NCBI GenBank assembly: GCA_965178125.1
Contig: OZ237760.1
Coordinates: 124,001 to 188,000 of the forward strand
Reading direction: 5' to 3'
DNA: 64,000 bases
Source: Bilabrum cf. latius
Taxonomy: Eukaryota
The position numbers and the translations under genes are program-made. Positions 23,773 through 38,300 of the stretch are shown here, one piece after another; the first letter of the stretch is position 1, and the number at the start of each line of letters is the position of its first letter. Below the pieces are notes generated by a model. The model saw only the letters and a program-made list of their open reading frames with translations. It did no database searches and was not told the DNA's origin.

Positions 23773-25834
23773 TCACCCGATGGTGATGCCTGCCTCGCGG
23801 TAGCACGTCTCGATCTTGCGGATGGCGTTCACGAACGCGGCCTTGCGGTAATTGCGCGTGCCAAGTTCGCGCGCCGTGGCGATCGTCTCATTGACGGCGA
23901 TGCCCATGGTATCCTCCAGCCCAGAGCGGACGATGTCCAGCTCGGAGGGCCCGGCCATGAGCTCCTTCTCCTCGTCGGCGGTGAGCGTGTAGGGCTGCCC
24001 CCCGATGCGCTTGATCTCCTTGAGCATCATGGTCTTGCTGCGCTGCTCCCACTTCCTCGTCATGCGCCCGAAGCGCACGTGCTGCAGGTTCTTCAGCCAC
24101 TCAAAGTACGACACGGTCACGCCGCCGGCGTTCATGAGCATGTCCGGGTAGACGAGCACTCCCCTCTTCTCGAGCACCTGCTCGGCAAAGGGCGTCACGG
24201 GCCCGTTGGCTCCCTCCGCGATGACCTTGGCCTTGATTTTCTCCGCGTTACCCTTGTTGATGGCCTGCTCCAGCGCGGCGGGCACCAGGATGTCGCACTC
24301 CTCCTCGAGGAAGGACACCGCCTCCTCCGCGCCCACCGTCCTCTCGGCGCCCTTGAAGCCCTCGAGAGTGCCCATCTCAGTCTGGTAGGTCTTGAGCTCC
24401 TCCACGTCCATCCCGTCCTTGTTGTAGGCCGCGCTGTTGTACTCGATCACACCCACCACCCTGCAGCCGGCACCCTCGAAGAATTTGGCGGCGTAGTATC
24501 CCACGTTGCCGAACCCCTGAATGATCACGCTGCGGTTGGCCATGCCGGGCTCGAGACCCACCCTTTCGCACTCCTCCTCGTTCGACAAAAAGTCCCTCGT
24601 GCCGAAGAACACGCCCAGCCCGGTGGCCTCGGTCCTCCCCGCGATGCCTCCCTGGCTCACCGGCTTGCCGGTCACGCACCCCGCCGCGTTGATGTCGTCC
24701 TGGGCGAAAAGGGTCGTGTACGTGTCCTTGATCCAAGACATCTCGCGGGGACCCGTCCCCACGTCGGGGGCGGGGACGTCGATTCCGGGTCCGATGAACC
24801 CGTGCTTGCGGAGCTCCATGGAGTACCTCCGCGTGATGAGCTCTAGCTCGTGGGTGGTGTACTGCCGGGGGTCCACCGTGACGCCGCCCTTGGCCCCCCC
24901 GTAGGGCACGTCCACCACGGCGCACTTGTAGGTCATGAGGGAGGCGAGGGCCTCCACCTCCTGGAGGTCCACCTCGGTGGCGAACCGGATGCCCCCCTTG
25001 GTGGGGAGGCGGTGGTGGCTGTGCTGTGCGCGGTACCCCGAGATGGTCTGCAAGGCAAGGAGGAGTGGAGGAGAAGTAAGGGGCGGTGCGGTGCCGGTGC
25101 GCGACAGGGTGTGTTTAAATGGTAGCAAAGCATACGCATCGATTAATCGTTGCTGTGTAATACCGACTACGCGCCGTGCTCCGCATGGAAGCTCGAAAAC
25201 GGCCCATTAAAGGCCCAAGAGCGGCATTGCGGAGGCAACCTGGAAAGCTACAGAATCTTCGGGCACGCCGCGCGATTGCTCACCTCGACGCTGCCGTCGT
25301 CACGGCGAAGTGGGAACTGAACGCGAAGAACTGCATTGCAGGCCTTGATCGTGTCCAGAATGTCCTTCTTCATGCCAAGCTTCATGAGCTCTTCGGCAGC
25401 CAAGTCGAAGTTGATCTTCACCATCTCCAGGAATCGAGGCCTGCGCCCAGCAATAGAGAATTATTCACAAATATTGGTGGATTTTTGTGTTTGAAATGCT
25501 TAATCGGCTATTCGGGAAGCCAGGTATCGCACACAGGTGAGAGAGGTACAAAGCTCCCCGGACGCATCGCGACGCGAGCCCAAAGCTAGGGTATCCGTCA
25601 GTGCATTCCAAAAGCCCCCCTTTCGATCCAGGTATTTGTAGCAAAATACATAAGATTGGCCACTTACTCTTGGTCGGGGTCCGTCACAGGGCCAGTGTTC
25701 GGGTGGTACTTCGCATCGTTGAGGTCCACTGCCGCAGATGCGGAAGCTACGGAGCGGCGAGCAGCACCCATCCTGTATCCTGCCGATGGGAAAATTCTCT
25801 GACATGCAAGTCGGCGACCGGCGCGGGCGAGCAT
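23773..25834 (-). CDS. Glutamate dehydrogenase, mitochondrial (GLUD-type). Exons 25834-25668, 25440-25284, 25047-23773; no in-frame TAG; TGA stop.
   Basis: GYRAQHS, KGGIRF, MTYKCA, GGAKGG, DVPAPD, TGKP, GRTEATG, QGFGNVG, EGANGP and NAGGVTVSYFEW. The Arg/Ala-rich N-terminus (MLARAGRRLA...) resembles a mitochondrial presequence. Confidence 0.95.
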
Positions 25835-26384
25835 ATCGGTTAGAAACAAGAGCGTAAAATACTGAAGTTTCCCTTACCGCTCGCGCATTTTCCCATTTGT
25901 GTGATTTTCGACATTTATACACGTTACATTCAGTCGTGGGGTAGGATCCGGAGTCTAAATGCGGTGTTGCGACCAACAGACTCCGAGAATCCAGCGACTT
26001 CGCTTCTAGGTTTATTCGACAGCCTTTCGCGACCACCGCGCGTTAGCGCGCCAGACCACAAGTTTAGCCAGTAATTATTGTCCCTGTCTACCAGTGTTGG
26101 CATTTGTCAAGCAGCGTGCCTGCAGCCAGCTGCCTCGCACTTGCTGATCACAACTGACGCGAACTGCGCTAGCTCGCCAGGGTCGACTGCAACCACCTGT
26201 AATCTTTGCCATAGACTCTGCTCAATATGAGTTTAGAATCGTATGATAGGCCTTATGACGGTAAGAAGATGCAGCTTTTTGGCGACATCCCGCGATACAC
26301 TTGCGCTGCGCAACGGCCGTACTCTACAAGAAGATTTACGCCTAGGTTTGTCACCCGATCGCAGAGCCAGGCACGCATAGTGAC
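25835..26384. promoter_or_regulatory. Probable bidirectional promoter region (GDH / giant cyclase)
   Basis: A ~550 bp lower-GC gap between divergent start codons. Confidence 0.4.
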
Positions 26385-29300
26385 ATGACAGGAAATCAAA
26401 CGACCGAGTTCTCATCCTCGGGGCGCTGGACAACTGCGACCGCGAATACCAGGTCTCGGGCAGCGTCGGTTGCACCAGAGCTGCCGCTTCGCCAGGCCGA
26501 TACGAGTTCGTTCGGCGCAGAATCCAACAACGGAGAACTAAATGCGTCCGTTCCGAAGCAGCGAGCGATTGAGCCAGTCGATCCCGTTGAGGGAGCGGAA
26601 GGGCCGCTCCCCACAATTTGGGATGAGTACATCGGTAGTTAGCGTTCTCTGCAGGCTCGCTCAGCGAGGTGCGTAATAATCTTTTCGATGCTAATTGTTG
26701 GTATATTCTTGGTTGTGCCGGCCAGAACCGGCCATCTCATAGGTCTTTGGTCCGAGGAGGTCAGGTCGCAAGCCGGCACCATACCCCTCGAAGGGGCTGG
26801 CTATCTGCCTGATTAGTCCAGTGCCCCTACCGCAGCTCACGGCGTAACATCGACAGGCAGTAGCTTGCAGGAGGCGGGAGGCTAGGCGTATCAGATAGGT
26901 GCCACTGTTTTGCTGTCTGTGCTCAGCTTGCTAGTGCTGCTGGCCACCTGCGTGCGGCCCCTCCGGTCCAGCCTCAGCTGCGTGGTGGGGTTCTGCATGG
27001 CCATCAGCGTGCTTATCCTTGTGATCGGCACCACGCTAGATGGCATACTGCCCGGTAGAGGTTCCAGGCTTGTGGAGCTCCGCGGCTCGGTGGTTCAGAT
27101 GCCCGGGGATCTCTTCGTGCGACTGCCCTCTGTGGACGCCTTGTCCATCCTGGTGCTGCTGCTGGGTATCAACGTGGCGAGGACGGCCATCAGCAACCGA
27201 ACATATTCTGTGCTCGGCACCGGCCTGGCCGTGGGTGCCTTCCTGGTCCTGGTGCTCCTCCGGCTCACGCTGGGTCCCAGCGACTGGCTCCAGGGCCCGA
27301 GGGGGACCGGCTGGGGGGATGATGCCGACAACTACACGGCGGTGCTGCTGCGGGATGGTACGGGGCTGCAGGCCGCATTCGCAGGGAACACATCTCTTCC
27401 CTCGCCGCTCACGGAGGAAGCCCTGGATCGGCTGGCTGACCTCGCGCAGGGGCTGGCCCAGGGAACAGTGACCACCCGAGAATACGAGGACGCGGCGGGG
27501 GCACTTGCAGAGGCCGTGGATGCGCGGGCCGTGGCTCTTGCTTCGAGCGACGAGTTCCTGGCCTCTAGGGGTGTGGTGCGGGGCGGGCTGTGGAGGGAGT
27601 GGTACGTTGTGCTGGTGGCGGTGCTGCTGGTGGCATCGATGCTGTCCGTGGCTCAGATTGAGTACGCCGCGTAGAGGCAGACCTGGCGCGATTTCGTGCA
27701 GAGGAAGAGGCTGCAGCTCGAGGCGATCCGGGCGGAAGAGCTGCTGACCCTGGCCATGCCCAGGCAGATCGCGCACAGGCTGATGGAAGGGGGCGACCTC
27801 ACCAAGAAATTCAACTCGGTGTCCATAGGGTTCATCTACGTGGCAGGATACAAAGAGATGACGTACCAGTACAGGAATGACCTCATCACGTTCGTTGACG
27901 CGCTGCACGCACTCTACTGCCAGCTCGACGCACTGGTGTTGTCCCACGACGGGGTGTATAAGATCGAGTCGGTGCAAAACTGTTACCTGGTTGCTGCTGG
28001 GGTGCCCACGGTAAATGAGGATCACGCGGCGCAGCTGCTGCAGTTCCTGCTGGCGGCGCAAGAGCTGGTGCGAGAGACTAGGATCATCAGCAAGCAGGAG
28101 GAGGAGATGGCTCTCGTCATGGATGGCGACTTCGAGGGCGACGGGGAAGATCAGGGGGGGCAAACGAATCAGGAAGAGGCCGGGTAGATGGGTGGTAAGA
28201 AAGTAGACAATGGAAGTAGCTTGGGCAGAGGTACCAATGAACCGAATACGGCAGATAGAAGGTAGGGCTAGCAGTCAGCAGACGGCGCCGCAGATGGTGT
28301 GATGCTGGGGCTCCCGCCTGCAGCGATCCGGATCGGGAACGAGCGCAGCAGCGGCGGATCAGGCGACGTGCCAGTCGGGATGCTGCAGCGGCCTACAGAC
28401 CAGTTCGCACCTCCGTCGCCGCAGGTGCAGTCCCAGCCAAAGTCGCAGGCCAACAGCGCCAGCCCGGCTCGCAGCCGAGCGAGCAGCAGGGGCCGCCGCA
28501 CCTCCGACTAGAGCGAATACAGCGCGATCGTGCAGGCGGTCAACACCGACGGACAGGGGAAACAACGAGCAGGTGGCGCGTCGGCAGAGAGCAGCCCGGC
28601 TCTGAGTTGGACCCAGCCTGGGGTGCTAGGGGGCGGCGGGCCATGGCCGGGACCCAATGTGCCTCCCAAGCTGCCTGTGAGCGGGTTGGGTTGGAGCAGA
28701 GCGGCGGCGAGGACCGATGCGGGGTCTGGCCGTGGCATGGTTCGAATTGGGTCCAGTGGGCGGGCCTCCACGGCCTCGAGCGCCTCCACATCGGGCAGCC
28801 GGACGGGGTTCGTCGCGCCATCGTGGCATTTCAAGATCGGCATGCACTCGGGGCCTGTGACCGCTGGCGTGGTGGGTTCGCAGCGAACCTTCTTTCGGCT
28901 TGTGGGCGACACTGTGAACGTGTCCTCCCGCATGGGCTCCACGGGCCAGACAGGCCGGATCCACATCAGCCGACAGGCCTACAGGAGACTCGGCAGGCCC
29001 CCCGTGCTCAACTCCACGGTGGGCCGCGCGAGAGCGGCGCTCGCAGAGATGAGCGACGGCGAGGACGGGCCCGGGGGAGACGGGGCCGTCAGCGACAGCA
29101 GCGAGGAGGAGGTGATGAGGCAGCGCAGCAGGGGCGCACTCGGAAAGGGCGTGTCGAAGGTGTCGCCGTACAGCAGCTCAGGAGGCCGCTCGGGCAGCAC
29201 AGGTCAGCGTTTCTTTGACGACGAGGAGGATAACGAGGACGTGCCCCCGGAGGCCCGGGGCGACTCCTCCTTTGTGTTCCTCAGCGGCGACCTCGAGGGC

Positions 29301-32300
29301 GAATTGGGGCCCGAGGCAGGCAGAGAGGACACGGAGGGCAGCGGTGGCTCGGCGACATCGTCTGCTGCCTCGAGCACATCCAGCGCCGTCGATGCCAAGA
29401 GAAGAAGGAACAGGCTCCGTCTGGTGCCCGCCCAGACGCACCCGGTCGTTGCTGCGCACAGACTCAAAACGTTCAGGCTTTGGCGGCAGCTGCGCGACCG
29501 CAGGAAGGCCGAGAAGGACAGGGTCAAGGGGATCAAGAAGCGCGCCCAGCACGCCAGGAAGGCGCTTCTGGAGTCGCACCGCATGCGCCAGGAGCACGAA
29601 ATGGAGCGCAGCATCGCGCAGATCGGGCAGCTCAACACGCAGACGTCCTACGCCACGCCCAAGTCGGACCCCGTGGCCCCCGCACTCGAGGCGTTTCGAA
29701 TGAGCCAGAGCACTGGACCGAGCGGATCCTATGGTGCGGGTGGCAGCAGCAGCGGCGGAGCGGCGAGCGGGCGCGGCAGTGCGCCAATGCCGCGGGAGCT
29801 GCCGGCGCCGATCATCAGGAAGGGCGGCGTGCCCGGCACCCCAGACTCGATCCGGGGCCGCAGGAGCGGGGGCGGGGGCGGGGTGTCTCCAGGCGCGGGT
29901 CTCGTGCTGCACACCGGCCGCACCATGACAAGGACTGGCATCGACGGTCACGCCGAGCCTGACCCCGAAGCCATCGATGCCCCTAATGTGCCAGACGGGT
30001 ATCCCGGTGACGCTCTGGACGACGCTCTCGATTCCATCAACACAATGGAGGTGCTCGGCGTTGGAGACGATGAGCCCGATGAGTTCTTCGACGAGGAGGG
30101 CTGGTACGTGCCCGACGAGGAAGAGAGGCAGATGCTGGACACCCTGCTGACTGTGTACACAGTGGAGAAGCGCGGCCGTATTCCTGTCAAAGGCAAAGGA
30201 ATGATGAAGACGTATTTCATTGACGTGCCACCTGCTCTTGCCGAGGGCCCAATGGAAGACGAGGAGGATGACAACCAGGTGAATGTAGGCAGAAACGAGC
30301 ACTCTGCGAGCGATAGCAGCGGCAACGATCTCAGCCAGGTTGGTCAGCAGGTGGCTGTGTTCTCCGAGCGCTCAGACGACATGGCCCACCGGTGGGAGGA
30401 AGCACAAGAAGCAGCTGCGGTCGCCGCGCAGCTCGGACCGTCGTCGCATTCGAGCGCCTCCAACTCCCAGCTGGAGCCGGAGCGCGTGGTTGAGGTGCAC
30501 ACGGGAAACATGAGCCAGGCGCTCATACACGGCGCCTCGGCAGCTCACAGCGCAGGTCCAGCTCTCCCCACGGAGCAGGGCTCTGCAGCGGGACACCACA
30601 GTCTTACGCAGACCGGGTCGGCGCACTCAGCGGCTATGTACGGCGCGAGCCGGGGCCAGGCACAGAGGGGAGGCCACGAGGATGAACTGCCCCATGCAGC
30701 TGCCGTGCTTCTCGAGCAGCAGCACAGCGCGACGGGGAGCAAGACCAGCCGGGCGGGGGAACCTGCGCACGGAGGTGCGCTGCCGGCCGACGCTAGCGAT
30801 GAATGCCAAGTCGTTGGTTATGACCGGATGGAGCACCCATCCGTGAATGACGCGGATTTGTCCGGTCTGCATAAAGTCATGTCGGTGAACGATTCGTTCC
30901 TGGTGAGGTATGAGCCAGGCAGCCAGGGCAAGCCAGTCGCCGTGTCCCGCCTAGTTCAGCAGCATCAGTAGCAGCAGCACGAACAAGACCAGTCTGAGGG
31001 CCACTTGTCGTCCTTCAGCGACGCGCAGGCCGTTGATGACGTGCATGGAGACGGGGACGTTGGGGTGGAGAACTACGATCAGAAGCCGGACAGCGGTCAA
31101 TTGGTCAGTCGGCCGGGACGGTCCTCCAAGGCACGCTGGGGAGCGCCGAGCCGGGGCGACGGTGGACTCGAGATGCAATGCGCGGCCAGCGGCGTGACCG
31201 AGGATTCCTTCCTTGTGCAGGGCAGCTTGGGCACGGGCCACGGGTCCATTATGGGAGAGGAGTCCGGCAGCAAGCTAGAACGAATGGGGTCGGAGCCTGG
31301 CATGATGATCGGAGGGGGCAGCGGCCGGAGCGATAGCCAGAGCCAGAGCCAGAGCCAGAGCCAGAACCCCGCCCGAGCAGGCCAGGCCTTCATTTCAACG
31401 AGGCGCGGTCGCGGGGAGGATGGTCGTACACCGGACCACCACGGTGGGCGAGCCGGCGAGGATACCCCGTCCACACCGAGGCGTAGCTCGTAGGAACCGC
31501 ACGTGACCCCAGTGCTGGGGTCAGAGCGCACACCGCCACACTCAGGGCGGAGTGGTGACGCGACGGACCGCCACGTGTCGCAGCGGACGAGCGAAACCTC
31601 CCATGCGAACCACGCAGGGATGCACCTGCCGCCGCCCGCCAGCATGTCGGAGCCCAGTGAGTCAACCGAGATGCCCAGCGGTAGTGGCAGGTCGTCTTCG
31701 GGCGCCGTTCCGGGCCCCGGCTCCACCGTGGATGGCCGCAATTCGTCGTCAATGACCGCCAGCGGTACGGGCAGCGTACATCCGAGGTCGACGGGATCCA
31801 GTGGCCAGCCATCCGGCGCTTCCATTCGAGTGAGCGGAGCTGCCCGGCAAAGCCCAGGCGGGTCCAGCGGCGGCAGGCGGGGGCGGCCCATTTCCCTAGA
31901 TGCGCAAGCAACGAGCAGTCCACGCGACACGCCAAAGTACACTAGTCCTCGCTTCCAGTTGAGCGCAGACCAGGCCGATGGGGATGATGCAAGAAGTGGA
32001 AATGCCGGTGCTGGTGGCAAGGAGCTAAATACCAAGCCAGGCAAGGATGAAGGGAGGGCAGATACAGGCCAGCAGGGCAAGGTACTGCAGCACCGGCCCA
32101 GCACAGAGTTTACTGGCATGTCTCCTGCCGGCATGTCCGCCAGACCTTTCAGCGACGCGTCCACCAACAGAGACGCCAGGTAGCAGGCGCACGAGGTACG
32201 ACCGTTCGACGCCCGGCTCATGGGCAGCGGCATGACGCACGAGACGGGGCACTCGTCACAGGTAACGCAGGGCAACGTGGCCGATCGCATCGTGCAGGAG

Positions 32301-35300
32301 GCCAAAGCCCTGCAGAAGCGCAGGGGCACGGTTGGCTCGCAAACGCTCGATGCCTCCATGGATGACAGCCCTTCGAGGAGCAGCTCCAGTCATGACCCCA
32401 GCTAGCCATCTACGGGCCACGGCGGGCATGCGCGGGCCCAGGTTCGCCTCGAATACGGCAGTAGGGGATCTTCGTCCGACATGACTGGGTCTGGCACCCA
32501 CACAACGGGCAACACCGGGTCCACCAACCACACGGGTAATACCCCAGAGCTGAAGCAAGGCGCGCAGAGCGAGTCTGGGTCGGTTTTACACTAGCAAAAT
32601 GGACAAGTGAGGAGGCAGGGAGCGGGTGCAGTACCGAGTGGCCTGCCGCCAATCCCGGGAGCGTCTCCGCTCCCCGATGGCATGCCGTCCGGCAGGCTCC
32701 ATCGCGGGCGGGAGAACTCTCCGGGGAGCAACAGCGAGATGGTGCCGGCCATTGGAAGGATGCTCAGCGACGGCGGCTTCTCATCTGCTACCGGTGAGGC
32801 GTCAAAGGAAGCGATGGCCCGGCGCGACATCACGGAGCAGCCCACGAGCTCCACCGCTGCCTCTGCCGAGGTGGAGCACGCGCACCATGGGCAGCAAAAA
32901 CAGGGAGACGGAGTAGGCGCCAGCGCTTCGAATCGGCGACAGAAGCCAGGCCGTTCCCCTAGCAGAGGCGGCAGGCCCACCATCAAGCTGCCCCCAGTAG
33001 GAGGGGCCACGACTAGTCCGGGGGGGGCCCACGACGACGGTGCCCCCATCCCAATGCCTGCAGCGGACTCCGGTCACGGCTCCCCGTCCAACATGCGGCC
33101 GGGGCCCTCCACTCGGCATGGCGTGACCATGCTCCCGGCGCAGCCCAGGTCCTTTTAGATCAGCCCAGAGCGAAACTCAGCGCAAGACGAGTCGCAGTCA
33201 TAGCAGCAGCGTGGAAGCGATGGACGCTCGAGCAGCCCTCATGACTCCCCCATCGCTGGGGAGGGCTTGTCCAGCGTCACCCGGGCAGCTGCGGAGGAGT
33301 GGAAGCGCAAGGACAGAAGGAAATCGGTGGACGTTGCGCAGGACGGCAGCAGCACCACCCAAGGACCCGGAGCCGCAATTGCACACCCTCCTAAATCTCC
33401 TGCGGTACGCAGGTCCCGGTCCAGTTTCAACCTCGGGGAGCCGGGGATGGCCCTGGAGGGAGGGTCAGGGTCCGCGAGTAGCGGGCCGGAGGTCGGACCG
33501 GTAACAGGCCAGACAGGTCATGTTTACGGGGCCTCAGCGCCTGCCACGCCTAGGAGCGCTGCGGGTGGGAGGAGATCCAGCACGGGGTCTCGCCGCAAGC
33601 ACTCCCTCACTCGTCACACCGGTGGGTCTGCCACATTTTACGGCGGCAGGCCCGGGCCCCCGCGATCTCCGCTGGGTGTCGGGTAGCAGGAGGACCAGCT
33701 GGGCGAGGCAGCAATGCAGTACGCCCAGCAGCTGCTACACATGGACAAGATGCTTCGCTCACCGGAAGACAAGCGAAGCACCGCGGAGAAGTTCAGAGCA
33801 GCCGCTAGATCCGTGGGACTCGGCGCGATCGAGGCCTAGAAGGCCCAGGCCCAAGCGCGAGACACCGACGGAGAGCCATCCTCCTCGCCAACTGCCAAGG
33901 GGCGCACTAACCACGTCGAGGCTGGGTCCAATGAATCCAATGGCAGCGCCGCCACGCCAGATGGGGCAACATCACTGCTGGCGTCTAAGTCGTTCGGAGG
34001 AGGGGGCGGGCCGCACGGCACGGGCAGGCCACGACTACCGAGACAGCCGGTGTCCCCCAAGACCGGCAGGAGGGGACTTCGGCGATCGAGCACGCATGCC
34101 GCAGGGTCTCGTGGAGTGAACATGGGTGCCTATTCCGGCAGGGTGGGCGCTGGAACCACGGGCCATGCCGGTGCTGGCGGTGGCCTTATCCGGCCCGCGT
34201 CCAAGGAATCCATGACGACAACGGGAGCGAGGGCGCCGAGGGGGATGGGCAGGGCCCGCCAGAGCTTTATCTTAAGGGCAGGACAGTCCTTTTACGGCGG
34301 TAGCAGCACCCCCGGTGCTGGTGGTCCTGGTGCTGGCAGGGGCTTGCAATCTCCGGGCCTGAATAAAGGCGGTGGGCAGTAGCCAGTGGGATTCGGCATG
34401 ACCATCCAGGCCCTAGTTCGGTCAAGCAGGCAGAAAGCGAGGGGTCGCCGGTCGAGCATGCAGGGAGGGTACTAGGGACTGGCAGGTGACCAGACCGAGT
34501 TCCTGAAGATGGTGGAGGACGCGCAAAACCGCACAGCAGCCACTCCGGCGGGCGGAGCTGTCGGCGGTTTGGGCGCCACCCGGTCATTCCGTCGGAATCC
34601 CAGCCATCCCGAAGGCCTCACTGGTGGGAAGCCGCCGTCCCCGCGCTCTGCCATGCGCGGGATGGACTTTAGTGGCACGCCGATCGCCAGCAGCACGAGG
34701 GCCAGGTCCCGCAGCACGGGCCGGGATCTGCGTGCAGCCAGCAGGGATGCCGCACGGCTGTCGCCGGGCAGTACAAGCGGAGAAGGGGGCGAGTCATCGC
34801 AGCCAAAGGGCACCAGACGAGGCAGCGTCGGTGCTGTTCCGACGAGCATTCGTCGTGTGACCAGTGGATCTCACTTCCGGGCTTCACCAGAGTCGTCACA
34901 CGACGCGTCGAACGTGTCCAGCTCCACCCCGACGAGCGGCAGGCGCCGGGGGCGGGCAGGGAGCCGAAGCCGCAGCCGAAAGCTGAGGAGCCTTCGCTCC
35001 AAGGAGATGCTGGGCGATGGAGGCAGTGGGATGGACAGCTAGATGACGACCTTTGACGGGGCCGTGTTTAGGGTGGCGGGAAACTATTAGTCGAATGAGG
35101 GCGCTCTCGGTGTTCCAAGTTTAGACCCGATGCGGCGTGCTCCAGGCAATGCCCAGCACGTGAGGCCACACCAGTCAGCTGGCCAGCGGCCGAATGGGGC
35201 TCAATGGCAGCGTCGCTCCAGCGATGGAGGCGTGGTTCACCTGATGGCGCACCTTTAGAAGGCGCACGACCGGCTAAGCCAAGAGGCGCAGCAGGCAGAG

Positions 35301-38300
35301 CTGAGGGAGAGAGCGATCTAGCTTGCCGAGCGAAGGGCAGCGGGGGCCGCAGGGGCTGTCCCTTCCGACGATGAAGGGGGTGAAATCGGACGGCGGCCGT
35401 CTTACAAGAGCAAGCGTCCGAAGCATATTCGCGCAGATCAAGGCGACATGGCTGTGGTGGCTGCTCTGAGCGGTGGTTCCGAACAGGGCGGGACCGAGTC
35501 CGCGCACAGGAGCGCTGGAGGTGCTGCCTCCCTGGCAGCAGACAGGTCACCTGCGAGGCTTCAGCTGAGACAGGGCCGGCAACCGAAGGGGGCAATCAGG
35601 AGCACGAACAGAAGCCAGACGAATTCAAACAGCTGGTCGCACGATTCATCGGCCCTGGCAGGATCCAGCGACATGGGTGCAGGGGTCGGCGGGATTCTGG
35701 CCCCGCACAACCACCCTCCGTCCATGCTCCACCCCCGCCCAGTGGTGATGCAGCCCTCTCAGGAGGTAGACGCGCACGGTCAGGTGCATGCAGATGAGGG
35801 AGCAATCATCTCAGTCGAGCCAAATTCTTTCAAGAACCCGACTCGGCAGCGAGGTGGCGGGCCGGGCGCAAGGCACCGGGGCGCGCTCTCCCGCGGAGGC
35901 ACTCACATGCACAGCGTCTACGACGAGCAGGACGCAGAGTCCGAGGCACAGCTCGACAAGAGGATCGAGCGGAGGCGGGTGGCCGCCAGCGCTGGTCCGG
36001 TCGTGCAGGACATGGGCGAGGTCGTGGAGGAAGAGACCGTGGGTAGGTTCTTCCTTGCCCAGATGCTCGCGCAAACTGCCGCGAAGCTGCTCCGCGTACC
36101 TGCCAGCGAGGCTGTGTATGAGTACAAGCAGATGAGCGACCACGTGTCGTGGAGGTGCAGCGGGCACTTCATCCGAAAGATCGAGGCCTTCTACCTGAGG
36201 AAGTACCTGCTGGCCATCGACGGCAATAGCGCCACGGACTAGAAGAGGATTACCAATGGCACCGAGACTGGGTACGAAGGTGTCTCTTGCTGGGCCGTGC
36301 CCTTCATATGCCTTGCGAGGGCTGTATCCTCCTGCTGGCGAGGCACCCGTTCGTTGCTGGGATGCGGGGCAAACAACGACGGGATGCGGGCGGTGGGGCC
36401 TGCTACACGTGCACCGTCCCCCAGGCGCTCGCCCAGGAGAAAGGCCACGCTGCCTCGTGATGGTGGCGTTCGCAGGGGGGTGAGCCGAAGGGGGATACTG
36501 GGCAAGCAATCGAGCAGCCGAAGGGGCATCGGCAGGAGCCAGAAACGCCGATCGGATCACGGATCGGGTGGCAAGCAGCCGGCGCTGGATGGACGTGGCA
36601 ATGGGCGAGAAGGCACAGCGAAGTCCGGCCAAAAAGGGGGGCTTGCAAGCCGAGGATAGAAGGAAGGGGACATGCAGCTCCTATCGCCGGGTCGCGGCAG
36701 GCAGGATCGCTCTTCACACCAGGCAGGCAGGCCTAAGGTCTCGTCCGGATGGCAGTCCCACGGCGAACATGCACGCAACAGCTCCTCGTCTTCTTCGTCA
36801 AGAGGACAGCACGATGTGCGCGATGCAGCCAAGAGTGAGTCCAGGCGCGGGAAGGCTCCCATAGACTCCAAGGAGCGCCGCCAGCGAGGCGCCGGGAATT
36901 CCTCTGATGCTGCCATCGGTTTCCGACAGCGAGTCATCAGCAGCATGGATGGCAGTGAGAGCGCAAGCGTCCAGTAGGCGCACAAGAGGGCGGGGCGGGC
37001 TGGCCCCGCCGGGCTGTCTTCTCCCACCTCCAGTGGTTCGGCGGGGCGGGCGCTGGTGCTGACTGGGCAAGGGCACAGCACCCGCACTGCGACCTCGACC
37101 GGCTCGGACCAGGACACGGGTCCCGGGCAGCCATCCGTGGATGCCACCGCGCGACGAGGCAATGCGAGGACAAACGGAACGGTCGTCACACCAGGACCGA
37201 TAGACTCCTCTATGCAGTCCGCAGGCAGCAGCGCCATGCGTGCCAACGACAACGCCGTCGCTGGCCTCTTTGCCGGCGTGCCAGGCCTCTCGCCTACGGG
37301 CTCGCCCGCACCCGCGCCGGCCCAGCCCACCGGGCAAGCGCCTGTCGTGGGATCAGGGGCCTCTGGGTCACGTCTCAGCACTCGAGACAGCCCGCCTGCG
37401 GGGCAGAGGCAACCACAAGGCCGAAAAAAGGCCGGACGACTGTCCATCGATGTGGATGGACCTATCGGTAGTACCGCGGGGCACAGCACGGTACCTGGTC
37501 TGGCAATCGGCGTGCCCACGTCGACACGATCTGAAACGGGGCTGGCGCCAAGGGCCATCGGGGCGTTGGAGGCGAAGCAGGGCCGTGCACCTTTAGCCTA
37601 GACAAAGGAGAAAGACAGCAGCGTGAGCATGCGTGACCTGAAGCAGGCCAGGTCAAGCAGGAAGGAGAGGAGGACTCGCCGCAGGACCCGGCCGGGTGAT
37701 CCAGCCAAGCGCACGGCAAGCGGCGGTATCGCCGTGGAGCCCACCATAGCGGGGTCGCGCGGGTCGCCGGAAGCCAGCGGGCCAGGCGCATCGTCAGGCA
37801 GTGCCTTGGATTCTGCAGCCAAGACGACCAGCTCCTCCGGCGGTTTATCTGCAGATGGGCATGCACCCGAAACAGTGGGTACTCTATTCTCTGCGGCGGG
37901 CTCGAAGGACGGCACGGCTAGCCGAGGGCCCGCTGGATCCACCGCGACAAAGTCCAAGGACTCTTTGATTCACGTATCAAAGGAATCGTTCCCTGCAGGC
38001 GCGGGTTCCAAGGACTCGCTGGGCACTGGGGGTACCACCCAGTCCTCAGGTGATGGATCCAAAGACTCTTTTCTGAAAGGATCCAAGGACACTCTTGGTA
38101 GCGAGGGTGGGCAGATGCAGGGCGCAGCAGCGTCGGGTGGGCGGTTTTCGCGCAGCAGGGAGCAGCACCAGTACGGCCAGAGCTCAAGCGTTGCCTCTTC
38201 ATCACAAGGGGGGGAGGCGCACTCCTCCATCGGCGGGTCGGGGCCCATCTCTGGAAGCATCATGTCCACAGTGCCACGGTCAAGCTTGCAATCCAGCTAC

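Noticed and set aside
23734-24846. 370 aa + strand ORF
   Set aside because: Antisense shadow of the strongly codon-biased GDH.
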